Assembly (NCBI GenBank): GCA_951406725.2 | Contig: OX597820.1 | Coordinates: forward strand, 118,792,001 to 118,856,000 | Reading direction: 5' to 3' | Source: Octopus vulgaris | Lineage: Eukaryota | DNA length: 64,000 nucleotides | Shown here: positions 1 to 13,226 of the stretch, one piece after another | Position numbering within the stretch: the first letter of the stretch is position 1 | Layout: each line of letters begins with the position of its first letter | Notes under the pieces: generated by a model | Database searches by the model: none | What the model saw: only the letters and a program-made list of their open reading frames with translations | What the model was told of the DNA's origin: nothing | Program-made: the position numbers and the translations under genes

Positions 1-880
1 GAGTAGAATTAACAGGAGCTGGAGTAAGGGAGTGGACGAGTGAAGGAAGAGGTTAGTGGTGAGAAGAAGAATATTCAGAAGAAGGAGCAGAAGGAGGAGA
101 AGTTGATTTGATGGAGAAGGAATTGTGGAAGTCAAAGAAAAATAACGATATGAAATATAAGAATGGCAAATGTAAGGTAAAAGGAAAATAATGAAGAAGA
201 AAGATATGAAGACATATTGAATTCTATGATTTTTGCTAAAGAAATTGCTGCGTCTATGAGAAAGAAGAGAAAAGAGATGATTGAAGGAAATTTTGATGTG
301 AGAAAAAGAGAGAAAGTGTATGTGTGTGTTTGAGAGAGAGAGAGAAGGAGGGGGAGATAGATGAGAGATGAGAGATACAGAAAATGAAGAACTGTGAATT
401 AATATATGAAAGAGAAAAACAGAATAAAAAGAATGAACAAACAAAAGATAGAAATGAAAGAACGAGAGAATAAACGAATGACTCATATCAGGTGAAAAAT
501 GTATAAATTAAAAATTATAAAAAGCAAAGGGGAGGAGTGAAATATATTAAATGACGAAAGGGATATATGCAAATGAGAAAAAAAAAATGAAGGAAATCCG
601 TGAAGAACGTATATATTGTTGAAAAATACATAAAAGAATGAATACGTGGATGAACTAGAAATACACGGAGGAAAATTAGGAAAGGAACGCATAGAAATGT
701 CATAACAGAAGGTAAAAGAAAATGGAGGAAAATAAGGAAAATCAAAGAATAAAAAGAAGAGAGTAAGAGACGAGAAGGCAGGCACAATAATAAAAAAAAG
801 ATAAAAAAAAGGAACAAAAAGGAGACAAAAGAGTAACAAGAGTAAAAAAAAAATGGTGGAAGAAAAAGTATGAAACATAC
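1..880. repeat. Purine-rich (GA/A-rich) low-complexity region
   Basis: Strong strand-asymmetric A/G composition with degenerate GAA/GA runs; the overlapping F/L/S-rich minus-strand ORFs are compositional artefacts. Confidence 0.8.
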
Positions 881-949
881 GCATGCGTAACGAACCACTG
901 AGAGACACGCATTTACGTAAATAGCTGTAGCGAGCTAACATTTTTATTA

Positions 950-1239
950 CCTGTTAACATTTTATAAATATATACTTATTAACACAGGCACACGTGCACA
1001 AACACATACACACACAGATACACCACACACGCACACACGTATATACACACAGGTATATGCATATAATAGGAAACTGCACGACTTCTCGGGCGGTCAACAT
1101 GTATACTATCGAATGCAGGTATACACTACACAATTTACGCACTCACACGCACGCACACACACTCATACCCACATACACATTCAGACGCACATACACAGAC
1201 ATAAAAGTATATATATATTTATGCATATATATATATGTT

Positions 1240-1306
<67 letters not shown>

Positions 1307-1354
1307 AAATATATATATACGTATATATATATATATATGTATAAATATATATAC

Positions 1355-1395
<41 letters not shown>

Positions 1396-1755
1396 CATTT
1401 GCATGTGTGTATGTATATATTTATTTATATATTTATTTATATATATATATATATATATGTATACACACACAAACACAGTGTATGTGTGTGTGTGTGTAGG
1501 CACATACATATTAGTAAATAAATATATAAATGAAGAATATGCGTAAGGGAAGCACTCTCGTGTCCACACGTGATCGCATCCACCCCCATCATTCTATTTG
1601 ATATCGCGAATGCCTAATTTCGGATGGATGGACAGAAAGAGAGAGATATCATCATTGTCATTTGAACGATAGTCGCAGCTCACTCATTTCAACAACACGC
1701 ACCTGTATCACACGCAAAACAACAGAAGATGCGCAGAAACTGATAACACTAAACG

Positions 1756-1804
<49 letters not shown>

Positions 1805-2003
1805 CATATATAAATGTAGAGTGAAAAACAGCTCCCTGAGAAATATGTTACATCTACAATTATTGCTAGTGACCTTGGTCATTGACAGAGGTTTATTCAT
1901 TTTTACATACAACCTTTAGAACATATTTCACACACACAGACACATATTATACAAATTTTCACACACATTCATTTACATATGCACATAGGCCTTCAATATT
2001 TAT

Positions 2004-2043
<40 letters not shown>

Positions 2044-2063
2044 GAATCTATATGAATGAGATT

Positions 2064-2105
<42 letters not shown>
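950..2105. repeat. Compound (TA)n/(CA)n microsatellite cluster
   Basis: Long TA runs at about 1247-1460, 1757-1798 and 2067-2106; CA runs at about 990-1200 and 2005-2035. Confidence 0.9.
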
Positions 2106-2111
<6 letters not shown>

Positions 2112-2279
2112 AAAAAAGGAACAAAGAAGTGGACCGAAACGACGAATCGGAACGAACCTGATGCGGGGCGCTGTCAGACAATAAGGTGATAAATAAAAAT
2201 ATATGCATACATACAAACATATATGTACGTACCCACATCTACATGTATATATACATGCATCTATAAATAATTATACGTG

Positions 2280-2480
2280 AGTACAGGACATCACAATAAG
2301 ACGTAGAAACGGAAAAAACCCAAAAACAAAAAACAAGAAAACGAAAAACGAAAAACAAGAAAACGAAAAACAATTACAGGACGAGCTACACAAGGACAAA
2401 ACCCCCGTCATCAGCTGTCGCTAGTGGAGTCAGGCATGTTTCGAAGGCATAGACAGAACACTAATCCAATAGGCCTTCAT
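2280..2480 (-). mobile_element. Probable Penelope-like terminal-repeat remnant
   Basis: The minus strand reads ..CCTTCGAAACATG..GACAGCTGATGACGGGG.., sits between TA microsatellites and shares the ACAGCTGATGA motif with 21921 and 21977. Degenerate; the family assignment is inference. Confidence 0.3.
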
Positions 2481-2491
2481 ATATATATATA

Positions 2492-2985
2492 TTGAGTTGT
2501 CCGGAAAGTTCGTACCGATTTTTAAAGGAAAGATAAAGGTCAATAAATACTTGCCATTACAATTTTAATCAACCAAATATGAACTATTTTGTTGCACAAT
2601 GCGTCTCCATTTTTTCCTTTTAACTTGAAAATACCCACTTCACAAAATTGAGGTGGTTTCATGGCAAAGAATTCATCAAGGTATCTTTTTACGTCATCCA
2701 AGGAATTGAAATTTTTACCATTAAGACTATTCTGCAGAGACCTGAACAAGAGGAAATCCGAAGGAGCAATATCTGATAAATATGGAGGGTCCTTCCGGTA
2801 ACACATCCTAGCCGAGCTGCAGCAATTTTTGTCTGATTCCCAAAGCATGAAATGCCGAAAATGAACTTTCTCATCTTCCATTTTAAAGGGTTACAGAATT
2901 AACACAGGTTATAGGAACATAAACCTTCTTCCACGAAAAGATAGCTTAAACTGTGTTCTAAATGGAAGTGTAGTCAAATCCTATT
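2492..2985 (-). mobile_element. Internally deleted mariner (Tc1/mariner) transposon
   Basis: ORF 2540-2881(-) joins a mariner N-terminus (MEDEKVHFRHFMLWE) to the C-terminal catalytic segment (PPYLSDIAPSDFLLFRSLQNSLNGK). A TIR-like end TTGAGTTGTCCGGAAAGTTCG follows TA at 2492; the opposite TIR was not found. Confidence 0.85.
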
Positions 2986-3820
2986 TGGTGCTTGCATCAA
3001 CTACTCTCTATCGTGTATTTAATATACACCTCTTCGCTTTTAGTGTACACAGACCTCCGCGAAACCCAAACAATCTTGATTTCATTTATGCAAGCTACAC
3101 AATTCATAAATGCTTTGCACTTATATTATCTTATTTAGCTTCTGGAAACAATGCAGAACATTGCTGTGGTTATAGCTATTGATGCAGAAACAGGTTTCAA
3201 CAGCTGAACACAGGTTTGTAAGTAAGCAAACACTTTTTTATGAAACAGTATTTTCATTTCAGACAATGCTTGAGTCTTCATATTATTACCCTATATGCAT
3301 AGACTGCTCTTTCTTTTCTGGAAGCGAATCGCTTGGATCGCTGCTCTCAACTCTGGTTAGTGCAGAGCGTCAAAGTAAGAGCGGAACTCAAGCTAATCCA
3401 GCTCTATATTTCAAAGAAGGTTGACTTGTTGCAACATGAGATGCTGAGAAAGATTAAAGAAAATGAGTCTATATTTCTGAGAGAGATGACGCGAAAGATA
3501 TGCAGTAACATATATTTATAAGATTTTGAAAGTTCTAGCCCAGAAATTTAGAATTGAACTAGACGGCAATGCATAGTGCCAAAGATTCCTACGTCTCCAT
3601 GTAGAATAAGAATCCAGTAACGTAACAGCTTAAGTTCTTGTTTCTGGCAATGTAGGTGCCCTGACACCTTTAGTCGCATTTAGTGAAAATTATATTTTTT
3701 CCTTTGAGGTAACACATTGCGCATGGCTGTTTATATACATTTTTGTACACATATTAAGGATGCTAAATGGTTGATAAGTTTTTATGGTGAATACATATAA
3801 ATTGACGGTGGATTAAGCCC

Positions 3821-4149
3821 GGAATCGCTCAATGGTTAGAGCGTCGAGCTTACGATCGTGAGGTTGTGAGTTCGAAATCCGGACCGGGCTGCGTGTTGTG
3901 GTCTTGAGCAAGACACTTTATTTCAAGTTGCTCCAGCTCACTCAGCTGTAGACATGAGTTGCGACGTCACAGGTGCCAAGCTGTATCGGCCCCTTTGAAT
4001 TTCCCTTGGATAACACTGGTGGCGTGGAGAGGGGAGGCCGGTATGCCTCGCCACTGCTGGTCTTCCACAAACAACCTTGCCTGGACTTGTGCCTGGGAGG
4101 GTAACTTTCTAAGTGCAATCTCATGGTCAGTCATGACCGAAGGGGTCTC
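3821..4149 (+). mobile_element. tRNA-derived SINE, family D
   Basis: A-box-like GCTCAATGG, B box GAGTTCGAAATCC, central TTGAGCAAGACACTTTATTTCA block and a tail ending GACCGAAGGGGTCTC; homologous copy at 26829-27130(-). Confidence 0.85.
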
Positions 4150-4283
4150 AGTATGTGTTTTTTACTACAACATTAGAAACTTTTAGCTCTTATTTCTAGC
4201 TATATTCTGACACCCTTAATCGCATTTAGAGACAGTTATATTTTTCTTTCTGTTTACCTCGCTGGAATTATATATATATATAT

Positions 4284-4330
<47 letters not shown>

Positions 4331-4339
4331 AAATACAGC

Positions 4340-4390
<51 letters not shown>

Positions 4391-4414
4391 ATTATTATTA
4401 TTATTATTAGATTG

Positions 4415-4514
4415 AAGCCATGTTGGGACACTGCCTTGAGGGTTTTAATCGAAAAATCGACTGCAGGGCTCATTTTATAAGTTTAGTGCTTATTCTACCG
4501 GTCTATTTGGCCGA
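4415..4514 (-). mobile_element. Diverged fragment of SINE family A (3' part)
   Basis: GCCATGTTGGGACACTGCC...TTATTCTACCGGTCT aligns to the GCCATGCTGGAGCACCGCC...TATTCTATCGGTCT segment of the intact copies. Confidence 0.55.
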
Positions 4515-4618
4515 TAATGTGTAGACTGCAAGGCAGATTCTGTTGGAAAATAAACATCATTTGGTGACATTTGGTGACATTCCTTGGTCAGCCTATGAAC
4601 TTTTCAGCCGATATCGTA
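4515..4618 (+). mobile_element. 3' end of a mariner-type DNA transposon
   Basis: Ends CCTATGAACTTTTCAGCCGATATCGTA, resembling mariner TIRs of the TACGAGGGTCGGCTGAAAAGTT type (recalled, not searched). Confidence 0.4.
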
Positions 4619-4779
4619 TGTCCTCACACATGTGTATATGTATATGTATATAGCCTTTTACGCTTTCAACTTTTTTCATCAGTCGACTGCACTTACAGAG
4701 AGGGATACTCGCACATACACGTATGCATATTTACATACATATGTACAGACGCTCACCAAAAGACAAGCACACACGCACG

Positions 4780-4843
<64 letters not shown>

Positions 4844-5259
4844 TACACACACACACAAAGCATTGCTCCTGATACTTATCTTGCGCTTTTCTCAATTTTT
4901 GTTTTTAGCCATTCGCGTCTGTATTTTTTCTGGTATTTCACAGCAACAAGAAATAAAAACCCCAGAAACTCAATTTCATTTCACAGATTAAGGCAAAGTG
5001 ACGAAGAAGACATTTAGGCGCCATATTTATCTCTGTTTACGAAATTATAAAACACCCAAGAGTATTTCAGGTATAGAGATATATTTTCACTGAAATCTGG
5101 AATATTATGATGAAAGAAACAATGGTAATTTTTTGAGTAAATATTCCAACGAGCATTCTGCAACCACAATTCTACCATTAGAATCACGCACAAAACATAC
5201 ATACATGCAAACATACGTACACACACATAAGAACACACATACACGCACATATAGCCATG

Positions 5260-5290
<31 letters not shown>

Positions 5291-5292
<2 letters not shown>

Positions 5293-5571
5293 GCGCAGCA
5301 GTAGCTGAAAGAAGCCCGCCATATATATGTATATATATATGTATGTGTATGTTTGTGTGTCTGTGTTTGTCCCCCTAGCATCGCTTGGCAACCGATGCTG
5401 GTGTGTTTATGTCCTCGTCACTTAGCGGTTCGGCAAAAGAGATCGATAGAATAAGTGCTAGGCTTACAAAGAATAAGTCCCGGGTTCGATGTGTTCGACC
5501 AAAGGTGGTGCTCCAGCATGGCCGCAGTCAAATGACTGAAACAAGTAAAAGAGAGAGAAAAGAGAAAGAGA
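5291..5571 (+). mobile_element. SINE family A copy with an internal deletion of the tRNA head
   Basis: Starts AGGCGCAG, jumps to CTGAAAGAAGCCCG, then carries the internal TA/TG microsatellite and the tail ..CAAATGACTGAAACAAGTAAAAGAG. Confidence 0.9.
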
Positions 5572-5605
<34 letters not shown>

Positions 5606-6145
5606 TTGTATAAATGCATACGCAATCATACGAATGCACATACAAACACACACACATAATTGTATATATTCATACATAGTCATGTATATATATATATATA
5701 TATGTGTATACATGTTTATATATCGGCATGTATGTATATATGTACACATTCACACACATATATGTGTGTTCATTACACTGAAGCTGCTGTTTCCTTTCAG
5801 ATTTTCCAGCTAAATCCATCGTCCCATGGGTGAAGTTTAAATAGTGGAACAGTACGTTTCGATTTTTCATAAAACGTGCTTATAGATTAATGGAAAAATA
5901 AAAAATAAAAAAACGAAGTAAAACCTAGATAAGAAATTCCGCCCATCACTCTGTCTATTTTGTGCAATAAAAGAAAGCCTGTTTCGGAATTTCAGAATTG
6001 TCCTTTATTTATATGGATTTCCTCCTCTTTTATCTATTAAAAAAACCCCTCTATTATTTGCATTTTATTTCTTTTACATCCTGGCTTCCATTTATAACTC
6101 ATCATCAATAACAATTTCCATTTTACATTAACCATAACCAGAAAC

Positions 6146-6215
6146 GTGTGTGTGTGTGTGTGTGTGTGTGTTTGTGTGCGTGCGTATATGTGTGTATATA
6201 CACATACACACACAG

Positions 6216-6252
<37 letters not shown>

Positions 6253-6360
6253 CATATACATGTATGTATATATATGCATGTATGTATGTGTGTATATACA
6301 CATACATACACACACACATACACACATATATATATACATGTATATATATGCATGTATATA

Positions 6361-6404
<44 letters not shown>

Positions 6405-6426
6405 TACATATATCTATCTATCTATC

Positions 6427-6488
<62 letters not shown>
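6146..6488. repeat. Compound TG/CA/TA microsatellite
   Basis: Directly visible dinucleotide runs. Confidence 0.9.
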
Positions 6489-6491
<3 letters not shown>

Positions 6492-6846
6492 GGCAGTTTG
6501 TCTGTGTGTGTTTCTGTGTGTCTGTTAGGTTGTATCCTCTCCCTGACCACGGCTTTCAACCGATTCTGATGAAACTTGACACACACATAGCCCAATGTCA
6601 TAATTCAAAACTAACGCAGCGAAAATTTTGAAAAGTTCCCCCAGTTCTGAAAAAAATCGATAAATTCGACATGGGGTCGAGAATCAGAAACACAAACCAC
6701 AGACTGTCTAGGGGACGCAACTCGACCTTTTTAACTAAAAAAAAAAATTTACCATCATTTTTTTTCCATTTTTTGGCTATAACTCTCTAAAAATGCTTTA
6801 TAGTTATTTCCCTTACAAACCCGAGCAACGCCGGGCGATACTGCTA

Positions 6847-6847
<1 letters not shown>
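6483..6847 (+). mobile_element. Non-autonomous Helitron
   Basis: 3' end has the hairpin CCCGAGCAACGCCGGG followed by CTAG|T. The 5' part TATATAAACGGCAG..CTGTGTGT..AACCGATTCTGATGAAACTT is typical of small Helitrons. The 3' ~110 bp is shared with 17196-17590. Confidence 0.8.
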
Positions 6848-6883
<36 letters not shown>

Positions 6884-7784
6884 ACTTCTTCCCACAAAGA
6901 TATAGATAAATAGACAAATGATATAAGTGTGTGTGTGTGTGCGTATATTAGTACACTGCATACCGACAATGTATCAGAGTCGCACACACTGTATACGTGG
7001 TTGCATAAGTAGAGTGGCAGCTCTCAAACTCCCCTGATGCTGGTATCAAATCGAGGTTGTGGTCTTTAAACGTGTTTGTCTTTTTTCTTTGATTTTCAGA
7101 GAAATTATCATCTCAGGTTATTAAATATTTGTTATCAGTTCACTCTGAATCTCAAAGTATTAATTAATTCAGGCTCATTAAATCTAAACTTCTTTTAAAA
7201 TTTTTTTACCCCTGTTCTGTTCATATAAATGGGGTTCTCTTCAGTCGCAATATCTCTAAATATTTGTATGAATGTTCAATACACAGCATTGCAATAGGTC
7301 ACTTAGGTCATAAAGATGCCAGGAAGCTACGGAATATTTCTTAATTGTATCTTCATCATCTCTAACGACTGCTTGATTACATCACTGAAGCTGTAAATCT
7401 GTTTAAGCGCGATAGAAGCCATGGTAGATTCGATTAAATGAATTAGATCCACCTCATTACTTATTACTTGGTCATCTTTCCAACTGTATCCCACCAATTT
7501 GCAAAGCGGTACTCGTACACATTTTGAGGCATTTTGAAGTGAATATCTGCAAAACCACAACTCGTTTTGGCAATGTTTGAAGGAGCCAAATCATTCTGGA
7601 ACCAAAATTATATATCGCCAACATGTCACAATAGGACACTTTAAACCATTCTCTGGCTACCTGGAATTAAAGATAGATGTCTCTTCAGTCCTTCCCTGTA
7701 CTCTATAAAGCGAATTAATTACCTCTCACTATTAATTTTCCCTTGATTTTTAGCTGTTTTGGCGGTCTTTCTAGCGACTACTTT

Positions 7785-8003
7785 GCCGCATTCGTCGATT
7801 TGTCTTTCATCCTTTCATTGTCTATTTACTAAGTACCTGTCGAGCACTCTGCAAACGATGAAGCCTCTGGGATGCTAAAATGAGAGGACCCCATCCCCAT
7901 CAGGTAGGAGCTAGGCGACGAAGTGTTGAGCACTGGGATCGATACAAATGATTTGTTTCTGCCCCTCGAAACTACAGGCCTTGTACTTACGGAACAAAGA
8001 ATT
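7785..8003 (+). mobile_element. Old diverged SINE family B relative, interrupted by a 75-bp insertion
   Basis: GTCGATTTGTCTTTCATCCTTTC..TAAGTACC..GCACTGGGATCGAT..GGCCTTGTAC matches the family B body and its alternative tail. Confidence 0.6.
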
Positions 8004-8207
8004 TTTAGTTGCTCTCTTTTATATGTCTTATGATATGATATTTAAAAAAATGCGAATACATAGAATCTAAGATAATCAAATTGAGCCAATGGATTTATGA
8101 TATAATTAGGAAAAAATAGAGAAAAAAGTAAATTTAGAAATCATAGATATCTTTGTTTACAAAGGTATAGAGTCCCCAGAAGTATTACTGTTGTATAAAT
8201 ATAATTA

Positions 8208-8375
8208 TTTCAAACTGACAAATGATACAGCGTACACAAAAATAGGAGTTATTTCAGCTCAGCCTATAATCAAGCGATCCTCAGTAGTCGACATTCTAGA
8301 GATTATAATCTTCGTAGCTGGCAGACTAACGTTATAATCACGTGCACAGTATCATACACCTAATCCAATCATAAA
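8208..8375 (+). repeat. 168-bp direct repeat, copy 1 (copy 2 at 11324-11491)
   Basis: Near-identical sequence TTTCAAACTGACAAATGAT...CCAATCATAAA at both positions, about 5 substitutions by eye. Confidence 0.9.
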
Positions 8376-8407
8376 CATATATATGGATCTATATTTATCT
8401 ATCTATG

Positions 8408-8458
<51 letters not shown>

Positions 8459-8651
8459 CTGTGTGCATGTACATAAGCCATATAAGCCTAACTATCTCTC
8501 AAGAGTCGCGTACAAATCGTACAACTTGCGTTTTAAGTTGCCATGAAACGTGTTTATAGACAAAATGAGTGACTAAACAAAGATAAGAATTTTCGTCCAC
8601 CATTTTGTCTATTTCGTACAATGAAACGAATTTTTTCCTGCATGGAAGGCA

Positions 8652-8897
<246 letters not shown>

Positions 8898-9051
8898 ACA
8901 TGTTATATATATAAACAAATTTTCTGCGTTTTTTCAGATTTTAATAATTTGCTTTCATTTTGGTATCTTTTATTGTACATACTCTCCTTCTCTTATTACT
9001 CACCACTGATAACAAAGCCATTCTTTGATCAGATTTAGTCAAGTTCTATTT

Positions 9052-9100
<49 letters not shown>

Positions 9101-9767
9101 AGAGAGAGAGTGAGGGGGAGGGAAGGAGAGACAGGGGAAGAAAAAGAAAGAAAGAGAAAGAAAGACAGAGAGAGAGAGAGAGCGTGGATGCGAATGATAG
9201 GTAGATCATTCTGCATGGGTGTGTTTGTATTTTTATATACGGTTACAAGGAAATGCAGATAAAGCCTTATGAGATCCCTGTTGATCCATTCCATGTCATA
9301 TATTCCGTGTATCTGCGTTTACAAACTTTTGAGTCATTAACCGTGTGACTGGGTGGAAGCTACGCAAGTCCGCCGAACTTGATTTCTGATTCATTGTGCC
9401 TATCGCTCGTATGTGTGTTTCTGGACAATTTCCACCACATTTTAACCATGGCCATTACATAATCAGCAAATTAGTTTCATACTGTAAAAGCTGTTTGCGT
9501 TTGAAATCGTTTTGTGAAGTGTCTGTGCACGTTTCTGACTAATGTAAACGTTTCTCTACTGTTATCATATTTGCTTATGTTAATATCTTATTCCTTCGAG
9601 TCAATAGCACAACCTGAACATTGCAATACACACACACACGCGCACACTCATTTACACGCACACACTCACACACAAGCATACATACACACGTATCCTGCAC
9701 AATCATATACAGCTAGGTGTGTATGTATAAACAGATATACACCTAGACAAACATATATATATATATA

Positions 9768-9802
<35 letters not shown>

Positions 9803-9807
<5 letters not shown>

Positions 9808-10010
9808 CGGAGATGTACTCGCATAGCAAGTGATTTGATCTGAGATCGTGTGTTGGAACGAAAACAATTGCAGCGTGGAAGGTGTTTGTAAGCCATCTAA
9901 GAAACACACGAAAGCCGTTCGATTCACTTCAAATTGAAGTTTAATTTGTCAAAATATTTTCGTCGCTAAAATCCGCGACCTCTTCATTGACAAAAATCCG
10001 TGCTGCATCA
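9803..10010 (-). mobile_element. Penelope-like terminal-repeat remnant with a hammerhead-like fold
   Basis: Bounded by TA microsatellites; contains the hammerhead-like motif at 9945-9994. Confidence 0.5.
9945..9994 (-). ncRNA. Minimal type I hammerhead-ribozyme-like motif (degenerate core)
   Basis: Minus strand: TTTGTCA (stem I) - ATGAAGA - G GTCGC ggatttta GCGAC (stem II) - GAAA ATAT T T (palindromic stem III) - TGACAAA (stem I). Position 3 is A instead of C. Confidence 0.55.
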
Positions 10011-10043
10011 TTATATATATATATAAATAAATATATATAAACA

Positions 10044-10800
10044 TTGAGAGGGTAGGACGCCAGCTATATATACTTTCAGTTTCACAACGTTTGACAAGGC
10101 TGATCATGGAATTCTTTGTCCGAAGGTTATGGGTCTTGGTATCACAGGAAATCTCAGGGAATGGTTGTTAGACTTTCAAGCCGGCTGGAATGAATCTGTT
10201 GTTGAAAACTGTTTTCTCCCTTCTACGTCACCTGTGGTAAGTGGTATACCACAAGGAACGGTTCTAGGACCGTTGTTATTTATCACCATCCGAGCACGTA
10301 TAATCTTACAGATGCATTCGGCTAACCGAATGACTTATAGAGATGACACAAAAATATCGATGGCTATCCAAACTCCAGAAGATGCCAACACAACCTTAGT
10401 TATCAATGGGCGGATTAAAAGATGAAACTTAATACATCAAAATTTCGGCTTCTTCGATACTGAAGGAATACTTACAAAGCATAATTTTTTGACACTAGAT
10501 GGCACAATTATTTAGAGCGCTAATGACTTTGTAATAATCATGTCAATGATACATCTTTCATCAGCCACATCACAGAGCTAACTCCCAAATGCATCTGTCT
10601 CCTAGGATCGATCTCATGAACCGTCATGGTAACTTTATGGAAAACCTCAGTTCTTAGCAGCTTAGAGTATTCCTCACAGCTTTGGTCTGCAAACTCATCA
10701 AATTTCATAGAAGACATTAAAAGGCTACAAGGAACGTTGACCAGGAATTAACTTCTGTTAAATGCCTTAATTCCTGGAAACGTCCGAAATCTTTACGTCA
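10044..10800 (+). mobile_element. Degenerate CR1/Jockey-group LINE reverse-transcriptase fragment
   Basis: FDKADHGIL..GITGNLREWL..SGIPQGTVLGPLLF..YRDDTKI correspond to RT motifs; many stops and frameshifts. Confidence 0.85.
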
Positions 10801-10847
10801 CTACACACTTGAACGTCAAAGAATGAGAGAGAGAGAGAGAGATGAGA

Positions 10848-11217
10848 TACTCTTTTACTCTTTTACTTGTTTCAGTCATTTGACTGCGGCCATGCTGGAG
10901 CACCGCCTTTAGTCGAGCAAATCGACCCCGGAACTTATTCTTTGTAAGCCCAGTACTTATTCTATCGGTCTCTTTGACCGAACCGCTAAGTGACGGGGAC
11001 ACAGACGCACAAACACATACACACACATATATATATATATATATACATATATACGACAGCCTTCTTTCAGTTTCTGTCTACCAAATCCACTCACAAGGCA
11101 TTGGTCGGCCCGGGGCTATAGCAGAAGACACTTGCCCAAGATGCCACGCAGTGGGACTGAGGCCGGAACCATGTGGTTGGTTAGCAAGCTACTTACCACA
11201 CAGCCACTCCTGCGCCT
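10848..11217 (-). mobile_element. tRNA-derived SINE family A (near full length, short internal deletion)
   Basis: Head AGGCGCAGGAGTGGCTGTGTGGTAAG..GGTTCCGG, internal microsatellite, tail (AAAAGAGT)n. Confidence 0.92.
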
Positions 11218-11323
11218 ATCATTTATTAATTGTTGGCAGGGACACCGTATTTCCTTACGCAATCATAATATACTACAAAAAAGCTTATAAGTCTATACAC
11301 TTCCTGTGTTAGCAGTGCTATCA

Positions 11324-11491
11324 TTTCAAACTGACAAATGATAGAGCGTACACAAAAATAGGAGTTATTTCAGCTCAGCTTATAATCAAACGATCCTCAG
11401 TAGTCGACATTCTAGAGATTATAATCTTCGTAACTGACAGACTAACGTTATAATCACGTGCACAGTATCATACACCTAATCCAATCATAAA
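11324..11491 (+). repeat. 168-bp direct repeat, copy 2
   Basis: Matches 8208-8375. Confidence 0.9.
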
Positions 11492-11617
11492 TACATAAAT
11501 CATTTTTTAAAATTACCTCAACAGATTTTCTGTAGAAATTTGAGCCAGCGCTGTTTCGTATGCGAATATGTCCATGTAAGCAACGCAATTGAATATAGAA
11601 AACTAGGTAAAGCAGTA

Positions 11618-11913
11618 TACTCTTTACTCTTTTACTTGTCTCAGTCCTTTGACTGCGGCCATGCTGGAGCACCGCCTTTAGTCGAGCAAATCGACCCCGG
11701 GATTTATTCTTTGTAAGCCCAGTACTTATTCTATCAGTCTCTTTTGCCGAACCGTTAAGTGACGGGAACGTAAACACACCAGCATCGGTTGTCAAGCAAT
11801 GCTAGGGGGACAAACACAGACACACAAACACACACAATGCCACGCAGTAGGACTGAACCCGGAACCATGTGGTTGGTAAGCAAGCTACTTACCAAACAGC
11901 CACTCCTGCGCCT
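11618..11913 (-). mobile_element. SINE family A (internally deleted)
   Basis: Same head and tail as 10848-11217; the middle of the head region is missing. Confidence 0.92.
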
Positions 11914-12659
11914 ATTATATTTGGAAGTTTATATAATTAATACCAGTTTCTGCTTTGAGATTTTTCTTAAGTTTTGAACATGCTCTCCATGATTACCATG
12001 CATATAGGATAGTCATATCTTAAAGTTATCTCAACATGTTTCCTATAGAAATTAGATTTATTACGATGCTTCGTAGACAAATACGTTCTTGCAAACAATG
12101 CAATGGGAGATAGAAAAATAAGCAGCGAGTGTATATTCATATTTTAGGAATTCTTGCTTCGTCATCAGTACTAAATCCAACCCATTTACCACCCACGAAT
12201 ACTTTACTTGAATAGCGGGGTAAGAGAGTTGGATACACCAGTTTTACATATACATGTTGGTACTATATCATGGTTGCATACCGAAATGAGGTGTCCTTAC
12301 CAGCAATTACCATCTACATACCAGATGCCAGGAATGTGTTTATTGCGTAAAACTAGATTATCCAATTCTGTTAAACCTGAACATATGGTGGGTATTCAAA
12401 CAATAAATTCTTTGGATAGTTAATGGGTTGAAATGTACATATACACACATTACCTATATGTTCTACCTTCGATTGCATTGTTTACATCACATACAATTAC
12501 GCCGCAATACAAAAGACTAAAACCATTAAAAGAATAAAAGAATATATATATATATATGTATAAAAGAATATATATGTATATATGTATGTTTATATATATA
12601 TATATATATATGCATATATATATGTATATATCTATACATACATATATATTATATATATA

Positions 12660-12712
<53 letters not shown>

Positions 12713-12763
12713 AAATATTGAATTTCTAAATCTCTCGTAGAGACATGTACGGTGGTGGGGCGT

Positions 12764-13007
12764 TAGAATGGTTGTATACTGTCGATCTAACAAGAACGTG
12801 ACAGTAGGGGGTACACCACCGGTGTATAGCCCTAGGAAGCATCGAACGCCTCCTGATAGCTTTGACACATTTTTTTCCCTATGTCCTTTTTTGGGGGGGG
12901 GATGTGTCAAAGCTATCAGGAGGCGTTCGATGCTCCTAGGGCTATACAGCGGTGGTGTACCCCCTACTGTCACGTTCTTGTTAGATTGACAGTATACAAC
13001 CATTCTA
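12764..13007. mobile_element. Fold-back element / MITE with ~107-bp inverted arms
   Basis: 12764-12870 is the reverse complement of 12902-13007 with 2 substitutions and 1 indel; 31-bp spacer; TA at both ends. Confidence 0.8.
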
Positions 13008-13226
13008 TATATATATATAGTAGAAATATGTTACAAAAAGAAGATATAAAATACACATGGAAATATAAGGGGAAAATAAGAAAAATCAACGAAAATGCAC
13101 ATTGTAAATAAAAAAGGAGAAGGCTTTTTATGAAAGGTAATGACAAATATATACATTTAGATGGACTGAGGTAGTAATAAAAGTCATAAACGTCATTATT
13201 ATGAGATGATTATAAAGTCAGAAAAC

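Noticed and set aside
6566-6580. CTGATGAAAC as a hammerhead core
   Set aside because: There is no stem II between CTGATGA and GAAA; it is part of a common Helitron 5' motif.
7330-7670. Possible old Tc1/mariner-family transposase remnant on the minus strand (also 19760-20080)
   Set aside because: Only faint motif resemblance; cannot be supported without a profile search.
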